Below the pieces are notes generated by a model. That model was not told the origin of the DNA and did no database searches. It worked only from the letters and a program-made list of their open reading frames with translations. Positions 48,901 through 59,700 of a stretch of 64,000 bases of DNA are shown here, piece after piece. Numbering within the stretch: position 1 is the stretch's first letter; every line of letters begins with the position of its first letter. The stretch is taken from positions 20,843 to 84,842 of IMG/VR virus record IMGVR_UViG_3300043436_002834; one strand, given 5' to 3'. Source of the stretch: a virus. The translations under genes were made by a program, and so were the position numbers.

Positions 48901-51900
48901 CACCCTTAATAAGGAGATCAAACTTTCTTCTAAAGCTGGCCAAAGATTCTTAGACAAGTTAATGGCTAAGGAAAACAAATACCTTACTAGACTTGATAGA
49001 GAAATTCTTGCTAAGCTTGGTGATCAGGATGTAACAATTAAGTTTATTACAGATGGAACTCTTCCAGTACAAATGGATGAAAACGGAGTTCTCTTAATGG
49101 ATTTAAGATTTGCAGGTAGAGATTATACTAATTCAGTCATGTCAATAGAAAACATGATTGTGACTGGTTTAACTCAAAATAAAATTGCTGAGGAATTAAG
49201 AAATAATGATAACCTTTGGTTGGCTGCAAGGAATGCAATGGAACAAGCTAAAAGCGCATTTCAAGCTACTTTCCCGGCACAAAACATTGATGAGGTAGAA
49301 ATCTTTGATGATCCTGTTTTGTTTCTTACAGAAGCAATGAATGACATTCAGTTTCAAAAGTTCCTTGCTCAAATAGAAGACAACATTCAACCTGCATCCA
49401 AATCTTTGTGGAGTACCCTTATGACGGGTATCAAAGAAATTGTAAGTGAAGAGTTTGACAAAAGACTTATTAATCGCGTTATTAATATATCAGCTAAAGC
49501 TTTAGATAGCAAGATTGTAGATAACATTGCTGAAGAAGAAACTGATACTAAAGTAACAGAAGCAGAAAAAACAGAAGCTAGAGCAGAAAAGTTTGATGAA
49601 CTTACTAGTTTAGCCAAAGAACTTGCATTACGCTGGAATGTAAATGTTAAAATTCTTAACTCTCAAAAAGAAGCTGAAGACATTTTAAACAAAATCCAAA
49701 ACCCATTTTTTCAAAAGTTTAATACTATTCTTGGTGATTTATTATATGGACCAACAGGACCGGGTATTATTAATTTAAGAAAAGGTGTTGCTGACGTAGC
49801 TCTTTCTGATTTGTTGAAATCAGTCTATGAAAAATCAGAATCATTATCTGAGTTAATTCAAAATTTAAAAGAACTATCAGTTTATCAAACTAACGGTAAA
49901 GTTGGTGAAATGGTTAACTGGTTAATTGATAATGCAGATAATATTGGTGATGGTATTGAGATTGTAAAAAACATATTCTTTCAAGCAGAAGGTCAAACAA
50001 CTGCAGGATTTTATGATGAGAAAACAAATACCGCATATATAGTTGCAGATGCTGTAAAAGCAAATACTCTATATCATGAAATGTTTTTGCATCCATTTTT
50101 AATTAACTTAGAAAAAACTAATCCCGCTTTTTATAAAAGACTGGTTGATGAAGCTAAGCAAAATGCAGAAGCAGTAGCATATGTTGAAGCCAATTATGGT
50201 CCTGTAGATCAAATTGGTGTCAGACAATATGAACACGAACTTGTTGGTAGAGTCTATGATCAATTTGTCAATAATGAACTTAATCAGGCAGAAAACCAAG
50301 GTTTATTAAAAACACTAGGGCAATTTATTAAGCGCATGTTTGCTAGTGTTGCTGAATACTTTGGCATTGCTAAAACTGACATTAAAAGATTTAATGAAAA
50401 GAAAACAACTATTGCTGATCTTGCTAAAGTATCTGTAAGAGAAAAAAGCAAGGTTGATTTAGGAGCTGTTATTGAAGCAGATAGTGTAATATCTGGTACC
50501 CCTGCAGCTAAACCTAAAACAAAAACAACTACTCGCCAAAGAGTTATTACTAAACAGCAATTAGTAAATACAGGGGGGAATGTTGTTATGCTAGATAACG
50601 CATCTGATAATCCAGAATTATTTGCTGATTTTTTACATCCAGAAATAGTATCAACAGATAGAGTTGCTACAGAAGAATGGACTAATAAAATAGTTAGTTT
50701 AGGTCAAGAATTAGATCAAGCTTCAGATGTTGATATACAATATGGTTCTATTAGAGCACAAGTAGATGGAAGATTAATAATTGATGTTATTGCTAATGTA
50801 AATGGCAAGACTGTTAAATTTTTAATGTATAAATCTACAGGCAAAGGAACTACTCTTAATACAAAAGGTGAGTGGGTTCCTTTATTAGCTATAGGAACAT
50901 TACCTGGTGGAGCAGAATGGTTTGTAAAAAGTTTATATAAAGGAACTGATCCAAAAATTAATAAATATGGCAGCGAAACTTTTTTATCAATTAATAATGA
51001 TTTAAAAGCTAAAGAGTCTGAATTATTTACTGAACCTGAAAATTGGGTTAATCAAGAAGTTGAAGAAACTATTACAGAAGAAGTTGAAGAAGTAGAAGAA
51101 CCGGTAACCAGAGAAGAAAAAGAAGTTCTTAATGATGCTAAAAATATTCAATCTAGAATTGCTACAATTGAAAAAGAACTGGATGTTTTAAATAAACAAC
51201 TGGCTGATAATTCTTTATCTTTTGTACAAAAGCGTTCTACTAGAACTAAAGTTACTCAATTATCTATTGAGCTTAATGAGCTATATGATAAATTAAATGA
51301 TATTCAACCGGAGTTAGATGCTATTAAAGCAGCTGAAGTTGTTGAAGATCTTGATGCAGAATATATCCCTAAGCTTGATTACAATGATAATGAAATCATT
51401 ACCCATCAAACTCCATGGCCATCTGTTCCTAAAGATCTAAGAGAAGCACTTGCTATTGTTTATGGTAAGCCATTAACTAAATTAAACAATGAAGATGTAG
51501 CGGAGATTAGAAAGGAAATGAAATCTAATCCAAAATACATTAAAGTAATTAATGATTTTAGTGAAAACCGATTAAGAGAACAGGATCTGGTCAAAGGTCA
51601 ACAAGAGCTGGCTGAAAATCAAAAAAGAGTTGAAGCCAATAAAGCTGCGAGACAACAGCAAATTGCTGAGCAAAAAGAAGCAGACCGTCAAAGAAAAAAG
51701 CAAAAAGTAAAAATTCAAGCCCCTGTATCAGATGAGAATTTTTTAAAGAACTTACTACCTGATTTTGATTATTCTATTCTTACTGAGAAAGAAATTAAAA
51801 TGCTTGTCAAAAAGTTTAAAGACAATAGCGATATAGTTCCTTTTACTGTTAATGACATCATTAGTTTTGTTGTAAACAAACAAGCTAAAGAGGATGCTAA

Positions 51901-53746
51901 AAAGCAAAGAAAGCAATTACTTGATGATATTGATAAGCAAAGAGCTCAAAGACTTATTGATCAACAAATTGAAAGCAATTTTAATTTATTAGCTACTAGA
52001 AAATTATCTATTAAGCAAGGTAAAAAATTATTGACTTTAAGAATAACACCAGGAATGTTTAGGTTCATAACAACTTATCATCCGGAAATTTTTAAAGAAG
52101 ATAAGTCTAGTTTTATTGAATCTGTATATTTAATTCTTCAGACTCGCAAAAATGAAAAGGCTAAGCTAAAATTAAACCCAATAGAATTTAAACCTAAGGG
52201 TATTAATTTTCAATTAACTGCAATGGTTAATAAGCTAGAAAAAGAAAAGCATTTATATCCGGAGGTTGTTTATCAAATTAACCTGGCCTTATATAAAGCT
52301 GGCAGTAATTTGCGGGTTAGAGCTATAAGAAAAGGTAAGCCTGCTGCATTGTCTACCATGTATACTATTGGTAAAAAATATGCTAATGAAAAAAGATCTG
52401 TACTAAAAGCTAAACCTTCTGTTTATTCAGGTAAAAAAAGAGCAATCCTTGAAGTAAATGAAGGCATGTTGAGTCCTAAGATGATGATGCAAGTTTATCT
52501 TTTACAACAATTTATCTTAGGGGCTAAAATTAGTAAAGAGGCTGTGTTAAATGCATTAGGTTCTAATAATATTACCGAAGCAGATAATTGGGTTGGAATT
52601 ACAGAAGATGAAGCAGATCGTGCTAGAAGAACAGGTGATAGCTCTTCAATTGATTTACTTGCAGATTTCACCAGTGAGCGTGGAGATTTATTTGAAAGAA
52701 CTAATGATGTAGCTGATGCACTTCAAGAGTTTCTTAGAAACTATGATAACATAGCTGATGCTGTTGAAAAAATCTATGATGATATTCAAAAGGCTAAAAA
52801 AACATTTGCTGAAGAATCTTTTGATGATGCAAGTGAAGATGTTCAAAATGAGTTGATGTTCCTACAGGATTTGCAGATTGCAGGAATGACGCGTGATGAA
52901 GCTGTAGATAATTTAAATGTTTTAAAGTATTTAAATACACCGGAAGGTCAAGAGATGCTTGACAAAGAAGCAGCAGCATTGGCAGCATACTATGATTCAG
53001 TTCAAGCAGAAATCATTAATGACACATTTGAAGGTAATCCTGAAGAATTATCTGATGAAGATGGAGAACTATATAATTCTAGTCAAAAAGATTATGATCC
53101 AGAAGATGCTGAAGCTGCCAATGATATGGCAAATCAAGAGGATGAATTTTTTGCAGAGTTTGGTCAAGATCCTAATGCAGATTTCTTTGAAGGAATTGAA
53201 AAGGTAGAGAAAGAAGAAACTCAAATAGACAAGGAATTACAAATCATTTATGACAATGGTCGTCAGGCTTTAAATGGTTTTAAATATATTGGAACATTAC
53301 AAGATGCTTTAAACCAATCTAAAAGAGGAGATTTAAATTTTGCAATAGCTGTTTATAAATATAAACCAAGTGCTGCATCTAAAATCTTAGAAGCTCAATT
53401 TAGAACTGGTGTATTTACAGATAAAAATATTGTTGTAAATGGTAAAGCTTATCGTGTTGCAGGTTATCAGCAGAACATGATATATCTACAAGACTTAGTT
53501 TCACTTGATCAAATAAAAATTGGTCTAGATGACTTGATGAATAGTGTTACAGAAGTACTTGAGCCAGGGTCTAAATTTAATGCAACAAACATAGATTCAG
53601 TTGTAAATGTCGCAGAATTTGATTATATTAAAGGGGCATATGATGAAATTTTAAATAACTTTACCTCTTTCATGGGAGAGGCAAATGCGTTGTCTGAAGA
53701 AGATCTCATGGCAGATTTAAACAAGGAAATAACAAAATGTAAATAG
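45953..53746 (+). CDS. giant polyvalent ejection protein with TM-like segments and zincin-like domain(s)
   Basis: 2597 aa; Gly/Ala hydrophobic segments, EGVQE, and TLYHEMFLH...EHE metallopeptidase-like motif. Confidence 0.7.
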   Translation: MSEIKKPVEIEDKLQSISNKVNAETLPKITNAYNAGRAQDFSAKQANLAKYASYGSQTFGKLGFDPYKSSNTAGKSGMDELYDTKTSWTSDIGRAFTGMQKLAGIGIQDTFALGAFADQGNYLTFEDTMNKYSSTRGGVTGFVANTMTSAGYTVGIIAGIAAEEMALAGITALSGGTAAPGTIAAGGTLLARGVGKLKEAGSMLKAVNKLQDLNTAKSFMGATGKFVGGSLKSFGKALNPLENTYDFLKTIDKLEDFNGLRQTAIGAGAIVRDARKITMAHSESKLEADLAAKEFKQQMFDDYYLDKANIGTTIPDSYLDTIENEAQKVKDRVYSSNFGLIYATNAITFDNMFKNMKGTNRWAGIANDAYRVSRKEGTKVAVDALAKTFGNAVRKKLSTITLKSAMNSALSSSMEGVQELGQDMISESMKSYHARNVKGTQVRGGMLEYLHNDLSKAASKQYSEEGAITFLSGALMGVFASPAGFAVGQVNNFVAGGGAQKTYQRVFDNKKWQAEKTSLEIKRKEKTKVLTEFFNNSKNFIDGFSKPIYTLNELQENMLQAAENKNSMQFKNGQHDSFVTGVHTLLEAGLENEFAEHLEYMAKNFGAQELNEVFGRTDITEETKAEYQEKLQTQASNVKQLRAKYNEIQETVINPHKMKGVKTTDPDYLEKFIKYTSVENLKRELLFSDSKIADRANRIKALEKDINESNPLSSLEINALLNSDALQQQIGLLQAEVEANKTLTLTGAGKESANKAQAKLDAFKAYQEKLKAFTTEQQKAEGSIYESDAYEDLFEAYNNLMQTYGKNTLSNQDAQLQANKKQFDKVFDYISLGEENKIYQEFVDTLLNPSGASAYLKGQEDLLKRLDDNKAEHIENALKAFEEKSTADDMLNALYAEGLFFDLNELDDLIKNRMMPSQIYDIADNNKEATPEQVKIAQQIINKFIVRLTGKSIVNDKTTLNKQGRKLKSDKRTVAGILRQYGITLNKEIKLSSKAGQRFLDKLMAKENKYLTRLDREILAKLGDQDVTIKFITDGTLPVQMDENGVLLMDLRFAGRDYTNSVMSIENMIVTGLTQNKIAEELRNNDNLWLAARNAMEQAKSAFQATFPAQNIDEVEIFDDPVLFLTEAMNDIQFQKFLAQIEDNIQPASKSLWSTLMTGIKEIVSEEFDKRLINRVINISAKALDSKIVDNIAEEETDTKVTEAEKTEARAEKFDELTSLAKELALRWNVNVKILNSQKEAEDILNKIQNPFFQKFNTILGDLLYGPTGPGIINLRKGVADVALSDLLKSVYEKSESLSELIQNLKELSVYQTNGKVGEMVNWLIDNADNIGDGIEIVKNIFFQAEGQTTAGFYDEKTNTAYIVADAVKANTLYHEMFLHPFLINLEKTNPAFYKRLVDEAKQNAEAVAYVEANYGPVDQIGVRQYEHELVGRVYDQFVNNELNQAENQGLLKTLGQFIKRMFASVAEYFGIAKTDIKRFNEKKTTIADLAKVSVREKSKVDLGAVIEADSVISGTPAAKPKTKTTTRQRVITKQQLVNTGGNVVMLDNASDNPELFADFLHPEIVSTDRVATEEWTNKIVSLGQELDQASDVDIQYGSIRAQVDGRLIIDVIANVNGKTVKFLMYKSTGKGTTLNTKGEWVPLLAIGTLPGGAEWFVKSLYKGTDPKINKYGSETFLSINNDLKAKESELFTEPENWVNQEVEETITEEVEEVEEPVTREEKEVLNDAKNIQSRIATIEKELDVLNKQLADNSLSFVQKRSTRTKVTQLSIELNELYDKLNDIQPELDAIKAAEVVEDLDAEYIPKLDYNDNEIITHQTPWPSVPKDLREALAIVYGKPLTKLNNEDVAEIRKEMKSNPKYIKVINDFSENRLREQDLVKGQQELAENQKRVEANKAARQQQIAEQKEADRQRKKQKVKIQAPVSDENFLKNLLPDFDYSILTEKEIKMLVKKFKDNSDIVPFTVNDIISFVVNKQAKEDAKKQRKQLLDDIDKQRAQRLIDQQIESNFNLLATRKLSIKQGKKLLTLRITPGMFRFITTYHPEIFKEDKSSFIESVYLILQTRKNEKAKLKLNPIEFKPKGINFQLTAMVNKLEKEKHLYPEVVYQINLALYKAGSNLRVRAIRKGKPAALSTMYTIGKKYANEKRSVLKAKPSVYSGKKRAILEVNEGMLSPKMMMQVYLLQQFILGAKISKEAVLNALGSNNITEADNWVGITEDEADRARRTGDSSSIDLLADFTSERGDLFERTNDVADALQEFLRNYDNIADAVEKIYDDIQKAKKTFAEESFDDASEDVQNELMFLQDLQIAGMTRDEAVDNLNVLKYLNTPEGQEMLDKEAAALAAYYDSVQAEIINDTFEGNPEELSDEDGELYNSSQKDYDPEDAEAANDMANQEDEFFAEFGQDPNADFFEGIEKVEKEETQIDKELQIIYDNGRQALNGFKYIGTLQDALNQSKRGDLNFAIAVYKYKPSAASKILEAQFRTGVFTDKNIVVNGKAYRVAGYQQNMIYLQDLVSLDQIKIGLDDLMNSVTEVLEPGSKFNATNIDSVVNVAEFDYIKGAYDEILNNFTSFMGEANALSEEDLMADLNKEITKCK

Positions 53747-53747
53747 G

Positions 53748-56700
53748 ATGAATATTTGTATTACACCAAACTCAATAAAGTTATTTGGATCATATATAAG
53801 CAGAAAATTACCAGAATATTTATCACAAGAAAAATCAGCTGAAGCATTATTGACAGATTTGTTCAATGATGCTTTAACTGTTTTTAGTGATAATGGTTTA
53901 AGCAATGACCGAAATAAAGAATTAGTCCTACAACATTTGAGCATTGTTCCTCAAATTGTTTTAAAGTATATTGCGGATAATCCAAAGATGGGTACTCCTG
54001 CATCTTTTGAAAAGTTTAAAGAATTATCTCAAGATGTAGTAACCGCAACTGAAGATACATCTAAGGATACCTTTCAGGCTTTAATAGATCGCTTTGGAGA
54101 CATTATTGGTAACACATCTATACAAGTAGAAGAGGGCAATCCATTAGATCGCTTTGAGGCAGTTTCTTTTGAGTTAATGAAAACCAGTAACCAAGAAGCT
54201 ATTTACAATCCACTATTGGGTTACTCAGAAAATATAACAGATCCTAAAAAGGTATTTGAATTTACAGTTGCTAGAAATGTTATTAAAAATGACAACAAAC
54301 TAAATCTTAGTTTTAGATTAACAACTTTGGGTGAGGTTATTAACAATTCAAAAGTTGTTAATACTACAGGAAGTGAAGATCCCAACTTGCCAATTTTGTT
54401 ATTAGTAGATTCTAAAAATGAAATTGCTTCTTTTGATGAAGCTGGTAATTTGGTTACAGATGGTAAAATTCCAGTGTATACCATTAAAACAGATAAGGTT
54501 TCTTTAGACTACCAAGTCAAAATGCTTACTGTACAAGAAATGGCTTATGACTCTAGCCTTTCTCAAAAAGAAGCAGCTGTAAAAGCACAGCAACAAGTAG
54601 ATCAATTTTTAGCATATATCAATGAGTCTCTTGCCAAAGTTAAAGCGGGTGATCAAGTTTATATGCGTATTGATTTAGATAAAAGTAATTTAGGCTTTAT
54701 TGCTCAGGATAGAAATAAAACAACAAATCTAACTGATATTACTAATATCAATGATGGAGCAACTGTTTTAGAACAAGGAGGAACTAACCTTCAATTTTAC
54801 CCAGTTATTGCTGTAGCCAATACTAACAAGACATTTAGAGTTTATGAAAAACCTTTGTCTTCATTAACCGATGAAGAATTTGAAACACTTCATTACTTAA
54901 TTTCACAAGATGAACTTAAAATTAAAGGTTATACCGCGGCTAATGCAAATGCATCAGGTGTGCGAGAAGCCTTTATGAATTTTTATATTGATAGTTATAA
55001 CAAGGGTCAATATAAAGACAGAAGCTTTTACTATTATGTTGAAGAATCAGTTGATGAAAAAGGTAAAAAAACAAAGACAAGAATGGTTAGATTGGGTAAC
55101 AATGAACCTATTCTTGCATCTACATTAACTTTAGCTCAACTTAAAGAATTTGCTAATCTTAGATTTTCCAAACCGGTTTCTGCTAAGGATTTAAATGCAA
55201 ATGCAACTAAACCTAAAGCTTCTATAAATGATGTTACCAATTTAGGTGAATACTTTTATGGTGAAGACGGTCAAGTATATGAAATGGTTGGACCAAGAAG
55301 ATCTTTTACAAACAAAAAAGATGCTTCAATGGATACTGTTATTTATAAAGTACCTGCAAGAATTGAAGATGGTCAACTTATTACAGGCGCTAGAACTACT
55401 ATTGGTGATCATGTTATCCAAGTAGGATATACAAACCTTGTTCCTACAGCTGAAGGCAAATTACAAGGGTTTGGTTCTTATTTAGGTTTTGCTCCAAGTG
55501 TGGTGGCATCTAATATAAAACCTAAGAGAGATATTAAATGGCGTAGTGTATCTGAAAGAAACCTGGCCACAGTGGCTTCAGATAAACAAAATGAAGCAGC
55601 ATTAGAATGGTGGAATAAAAGTCCACTAAGCAAGGTTATTACATTAAATAACATGCAAAATAAAGCAGCTGAGTTTGGACCAAACTTTGTTGCTAACTTT
55701 ATTGGTAATGCTATTAATCTTTATCAGGGATCTTCATCCAGTGATGTTTATCATGAGGCATTCCATGCTTTCTATGATGGTATTTTAACTCCTTCAGAGC
55801 GCAAAGAAATTTATGATACTTTAAGAGCAACTCCTGGTTATTTTACTACAGTAGTAAATGGTCAATCTAAATTGCTTTCTTATTCAGATGCTACTGATTT
55901 AGAACTAGAAGAATTTTTAGCTGAAGGTTTTAGAGAGTACGCGTTGTCTAATGGCAAGAAAACTAAATTTAGTGACAATAAGATTAAAGCATTCTTTCAA
56001 AAATTACTTAATCTTTTAAAGTCTGTATTTGGTAACATGACATATGCAGAGGCTAAAGCATTTAACAAAACAAATGCGATGGTTGATGTAATCTTTTCTG
56101 ATTTGTTTAAAGGAAACTTTACATCAGATATGTTTGTAGCATCTAATGAAGAAGCCAAATGGCGTTCATCAGAAGTAGAAACAACATCTGGTGATACTTT
56201 TACTTTAGAAGAAATGTATGATGCCATGACAAGTATGAAATCTGTATTTTCAGATTTTATTACTCAGGGTCTAAACTTTTCTCAAAACCAAAAGGATCAA
56301 GAACAAGCAGTTAGTTTGTTATTTGAAATGGCAGATTATGCTGAGTCATCTGATGAATATAAACAATTAGCAAATGATTTAAAACTACTTGATGAAAAAG
56401 GTAGTTCAGTTAGAACAGGTCAAGGTGTGTTTAACATTGCCGCTAATCCGCGCTTATTAAGTTTAGCTGTTGATTATGTCAAAGCTAGATTTGAACAAAG
56501 GCTCAATGATGTAAACAATAAACTTGAGTCTATTTCTAAAATTGAAGATAAAAATGCACAACAAAGAAGTGAAAGCACTGCGTTGGTATTTCAAAAACAA
56601 CTTTTAGAAAAAATACTAAACCCTGAAAATTTTGGCAAGCTATCTGATTTAAACAAAACAGCTAGATTAAAAGGTGAAGAGCAGATACCAAAATCTTTAA

Positions 56701-59700
56701 TTGAAAACTTCTTAAAAAATTACAGCGACTTGGTTTTGAAAAAAACTGAGTATGAAGATTTTTATGATGTCAAAGCAACTGAAGAAGAAAACTATGTTCC
56801 TTTGTGGGACCGCTCCGGCAATGAGCAATTATTTGATGAATTAATTGATGGGCAAACATTAAGCATTCTTGGTTCTATTCAGCAATATACTGAACAAGGA
56901 AAAGGTGTGCCACAACTAAATGGATTAGGCTTTAAGAAAATTATGCCTACCAAAAATGCAATTGCTAAAGTAGCAAAACTTTTACGCAATACCCCAGATG
57001 CAATGGACATGAGTGCTAAACTCAAGGATGCTGCAAAAACCGATAAAGAAATTGATCAATTACTAAGAAGATTAGGTGATATTTCACAACTGGATTTTAC
57101 TGATAATATTACTGTTGCTGAACATAGACAATGGACCGGATTCTGGGAATCATTTAATAAAGCAGATGTTTTACTCCGTGAATTTATTTTAGAAAAAGAA
57201 ATAGATGAAACTGATCCGGATAATCCTGTTGTTACTTTAATATCTAAATCAGGTAAGTCTTCTTCTATGAGTTTGCAAGTTACCCGCAAGTGGGCAGCTA
57301 ATTTCAAATTCTTGTTGACGGAAAGCCCTTATGCTGATGAGTTAGGTGGTGTGCCTGTATTTAATTTGGAAAATCTTTATCTTGATTTTAACAGAGCTGA
57401 CTCATTAACTTATGCCAAAATACAAGGACCTGGGCCAAATAATATTACTTCTAAAAATGATCCTAAAAAATCTAAAAATGCGGAGTATACTTTATTTGCT
57501 AAAGTAGAAGCTATTGCTAAACCATTTGAGTTTTTAAAAGCTCTTGGTATAGATATGGTAGAAGATGAGGATGTTAGAAAAATTTTATTTAGAGGTGATT
57601 CTGAATTAGGTATAAGTGCTGCCATTACTGAGTATATTAATAATTCCATCAAAAATAGAATGACCAAAGCTGTTTGGGATTCTGAACTTGAAAGATGGGT
57701 AGTAGATACCAATGGTAAGTTTATTGGCAACTTAGATCAGTTATTTAGAAAATTCAACTACTTTGATGAAAACAATAAAGTTGTAGAACAACAAGATCTT
57801 TCTGGCTTCTTAACTCAATTAAGAGAACTGCAATATATTTATTCTAATGACTATACCAACTTCTCTAGCTTTAATGCTAATGGTGATTTGGTTAGTGAGA
57901 AATCATTAAACTCAAGTCTTTTAGTAACTGTATCAGAAATAAATAAGGCAGCAACACTTGAAGATTTCCTAAAGATTAAAGGTATGGAGCATTTAGATCC
58001 ATATACTAATCCGCAGGCGGCATCATCTAAATGGCTCATTGACATGTTCCAATTAGATCCTTCTGTGCATGCGCCTACTAAAAGAGGTAAGAGAGATTAC
58101 GGTATTAAAATTTCAGTAGAGGCTTTATCGGGATCCAAGCTTATTCAAAAATATAAAGGTATCTCAGAAAAAGAAGATGACACAACTGGTGAAATCTATG
58201 ATGAGCCTATTAGCTGGGAAACTGACCGTGGTATTGAGTCCATGGGTTCAGATATTAAAACTAAATTCATTAGTGATTTCCATTTAACTTTAGAAGGCAA
58301 GCAGGAGATCATGCGATCTGAAGCTAAATCTACTTCATTAACGGTGTTTGCTCCATCAAGAAAAGGATCAGAAACTAGAAAAGGTTCTAACTTACTAGTG
58401 GATAAAGGTGAGGTTCAATCAATTTTTTCTGAAGGATATAAAGGTAAAATTCTTTACAATGAATTTAAAAATCACATAGCTGCAGAAATTATCCGCATTC
58501 AAAAAATCCGTAAGATTAAAGAAATGTTGTTGTCTGGAGAAATCAATCCTTCAGAAATTGCAATTGATGTTAAACAACTTAATCGCGGAGAAGATTGGTT
58601 TGTATTTGATAAAATATTTAATCCTGAGTTAAAAAGTAAACTTGAATCTATTTCATTAGATGGTATTCTAGGAGATAAAGGATTTACTATTGATGCTTTA
58701 TCAACTCCATTAAAAACTGAAATTGAAAATGCTCTTGTAGAGTACTTTAGAAATGAAGCTGCTTTACTGATGAATGAGTTTGCTAATAAGATTGTTATTT
58801 CTGATAACCTTTACAAAGATTACACTAATCAAGATGAATCAATTGAATCAGTAAATGATAAGTTATTTAGAACTTTTGTAATTAATAACTTTATTCAAAA
58901 CCTTAATTACGGTTCATTATTTATTGGTGATTCTTCTGTCTTTAATGTAGAAGGTGAAGATTTTCATAAACGTATTGCTGGATTAATTTCTACTGGTAAA
59001 ATATTTAGACATGATGATGCATGGTTAAAGTTTTTAAACTCTGAAAAATTTAATGCAAAAGGATTTGCTAAAAAGCATAATACAGAAAAGGGAATTACTG
59101 CTGATTACTCATATTCAGGATATTTAAATACAGCTATTATCAAAGAAGCTAAATCTAATTCAGTATATGCGGATCATTATCGCAAAATGCTAGGCTTAGA
59201 TAGCAATAAATATGAAACTGAAGGTGGGGCAATTGAAGAAGCGGATGCTCAAGGTTGGGTTTCATTTGATACTTATCGCTTATTAAATATTTCAATTAAT
59301 GAGTGGTCTGATGCACAAGAAAATTTGTATCAAAAAATGCTATCTGGTGAAAAAATCTTGAAAAAAGATTTAGTTACTACATTCCCTGCTAGAAAGTTTC
59401 AATACTATGGCCAGGTAAATAATCCACAAACACAAGAACTATTGGGTACATTAGGTTTGTCATTAAACAACATGGCATTTCATAAGTACTCTTTAGTACC
59501 ATTAGTTCCTCAATTAATTGAAGGCACTCACTTGCAAACTTTGCATGAAAAAATGATGGAGCAAGGTATTGATTATGTTACAATGCAAACCGGTTCTAAA
59601 CTTTCAACTCTTTCTAAAGTAAAAGTGAACAAAGACACTAAGACTTTTGAAGCTGATGTTGATAATTTCTATGATGCAAAAACTAGAACAGTAACTGAAG

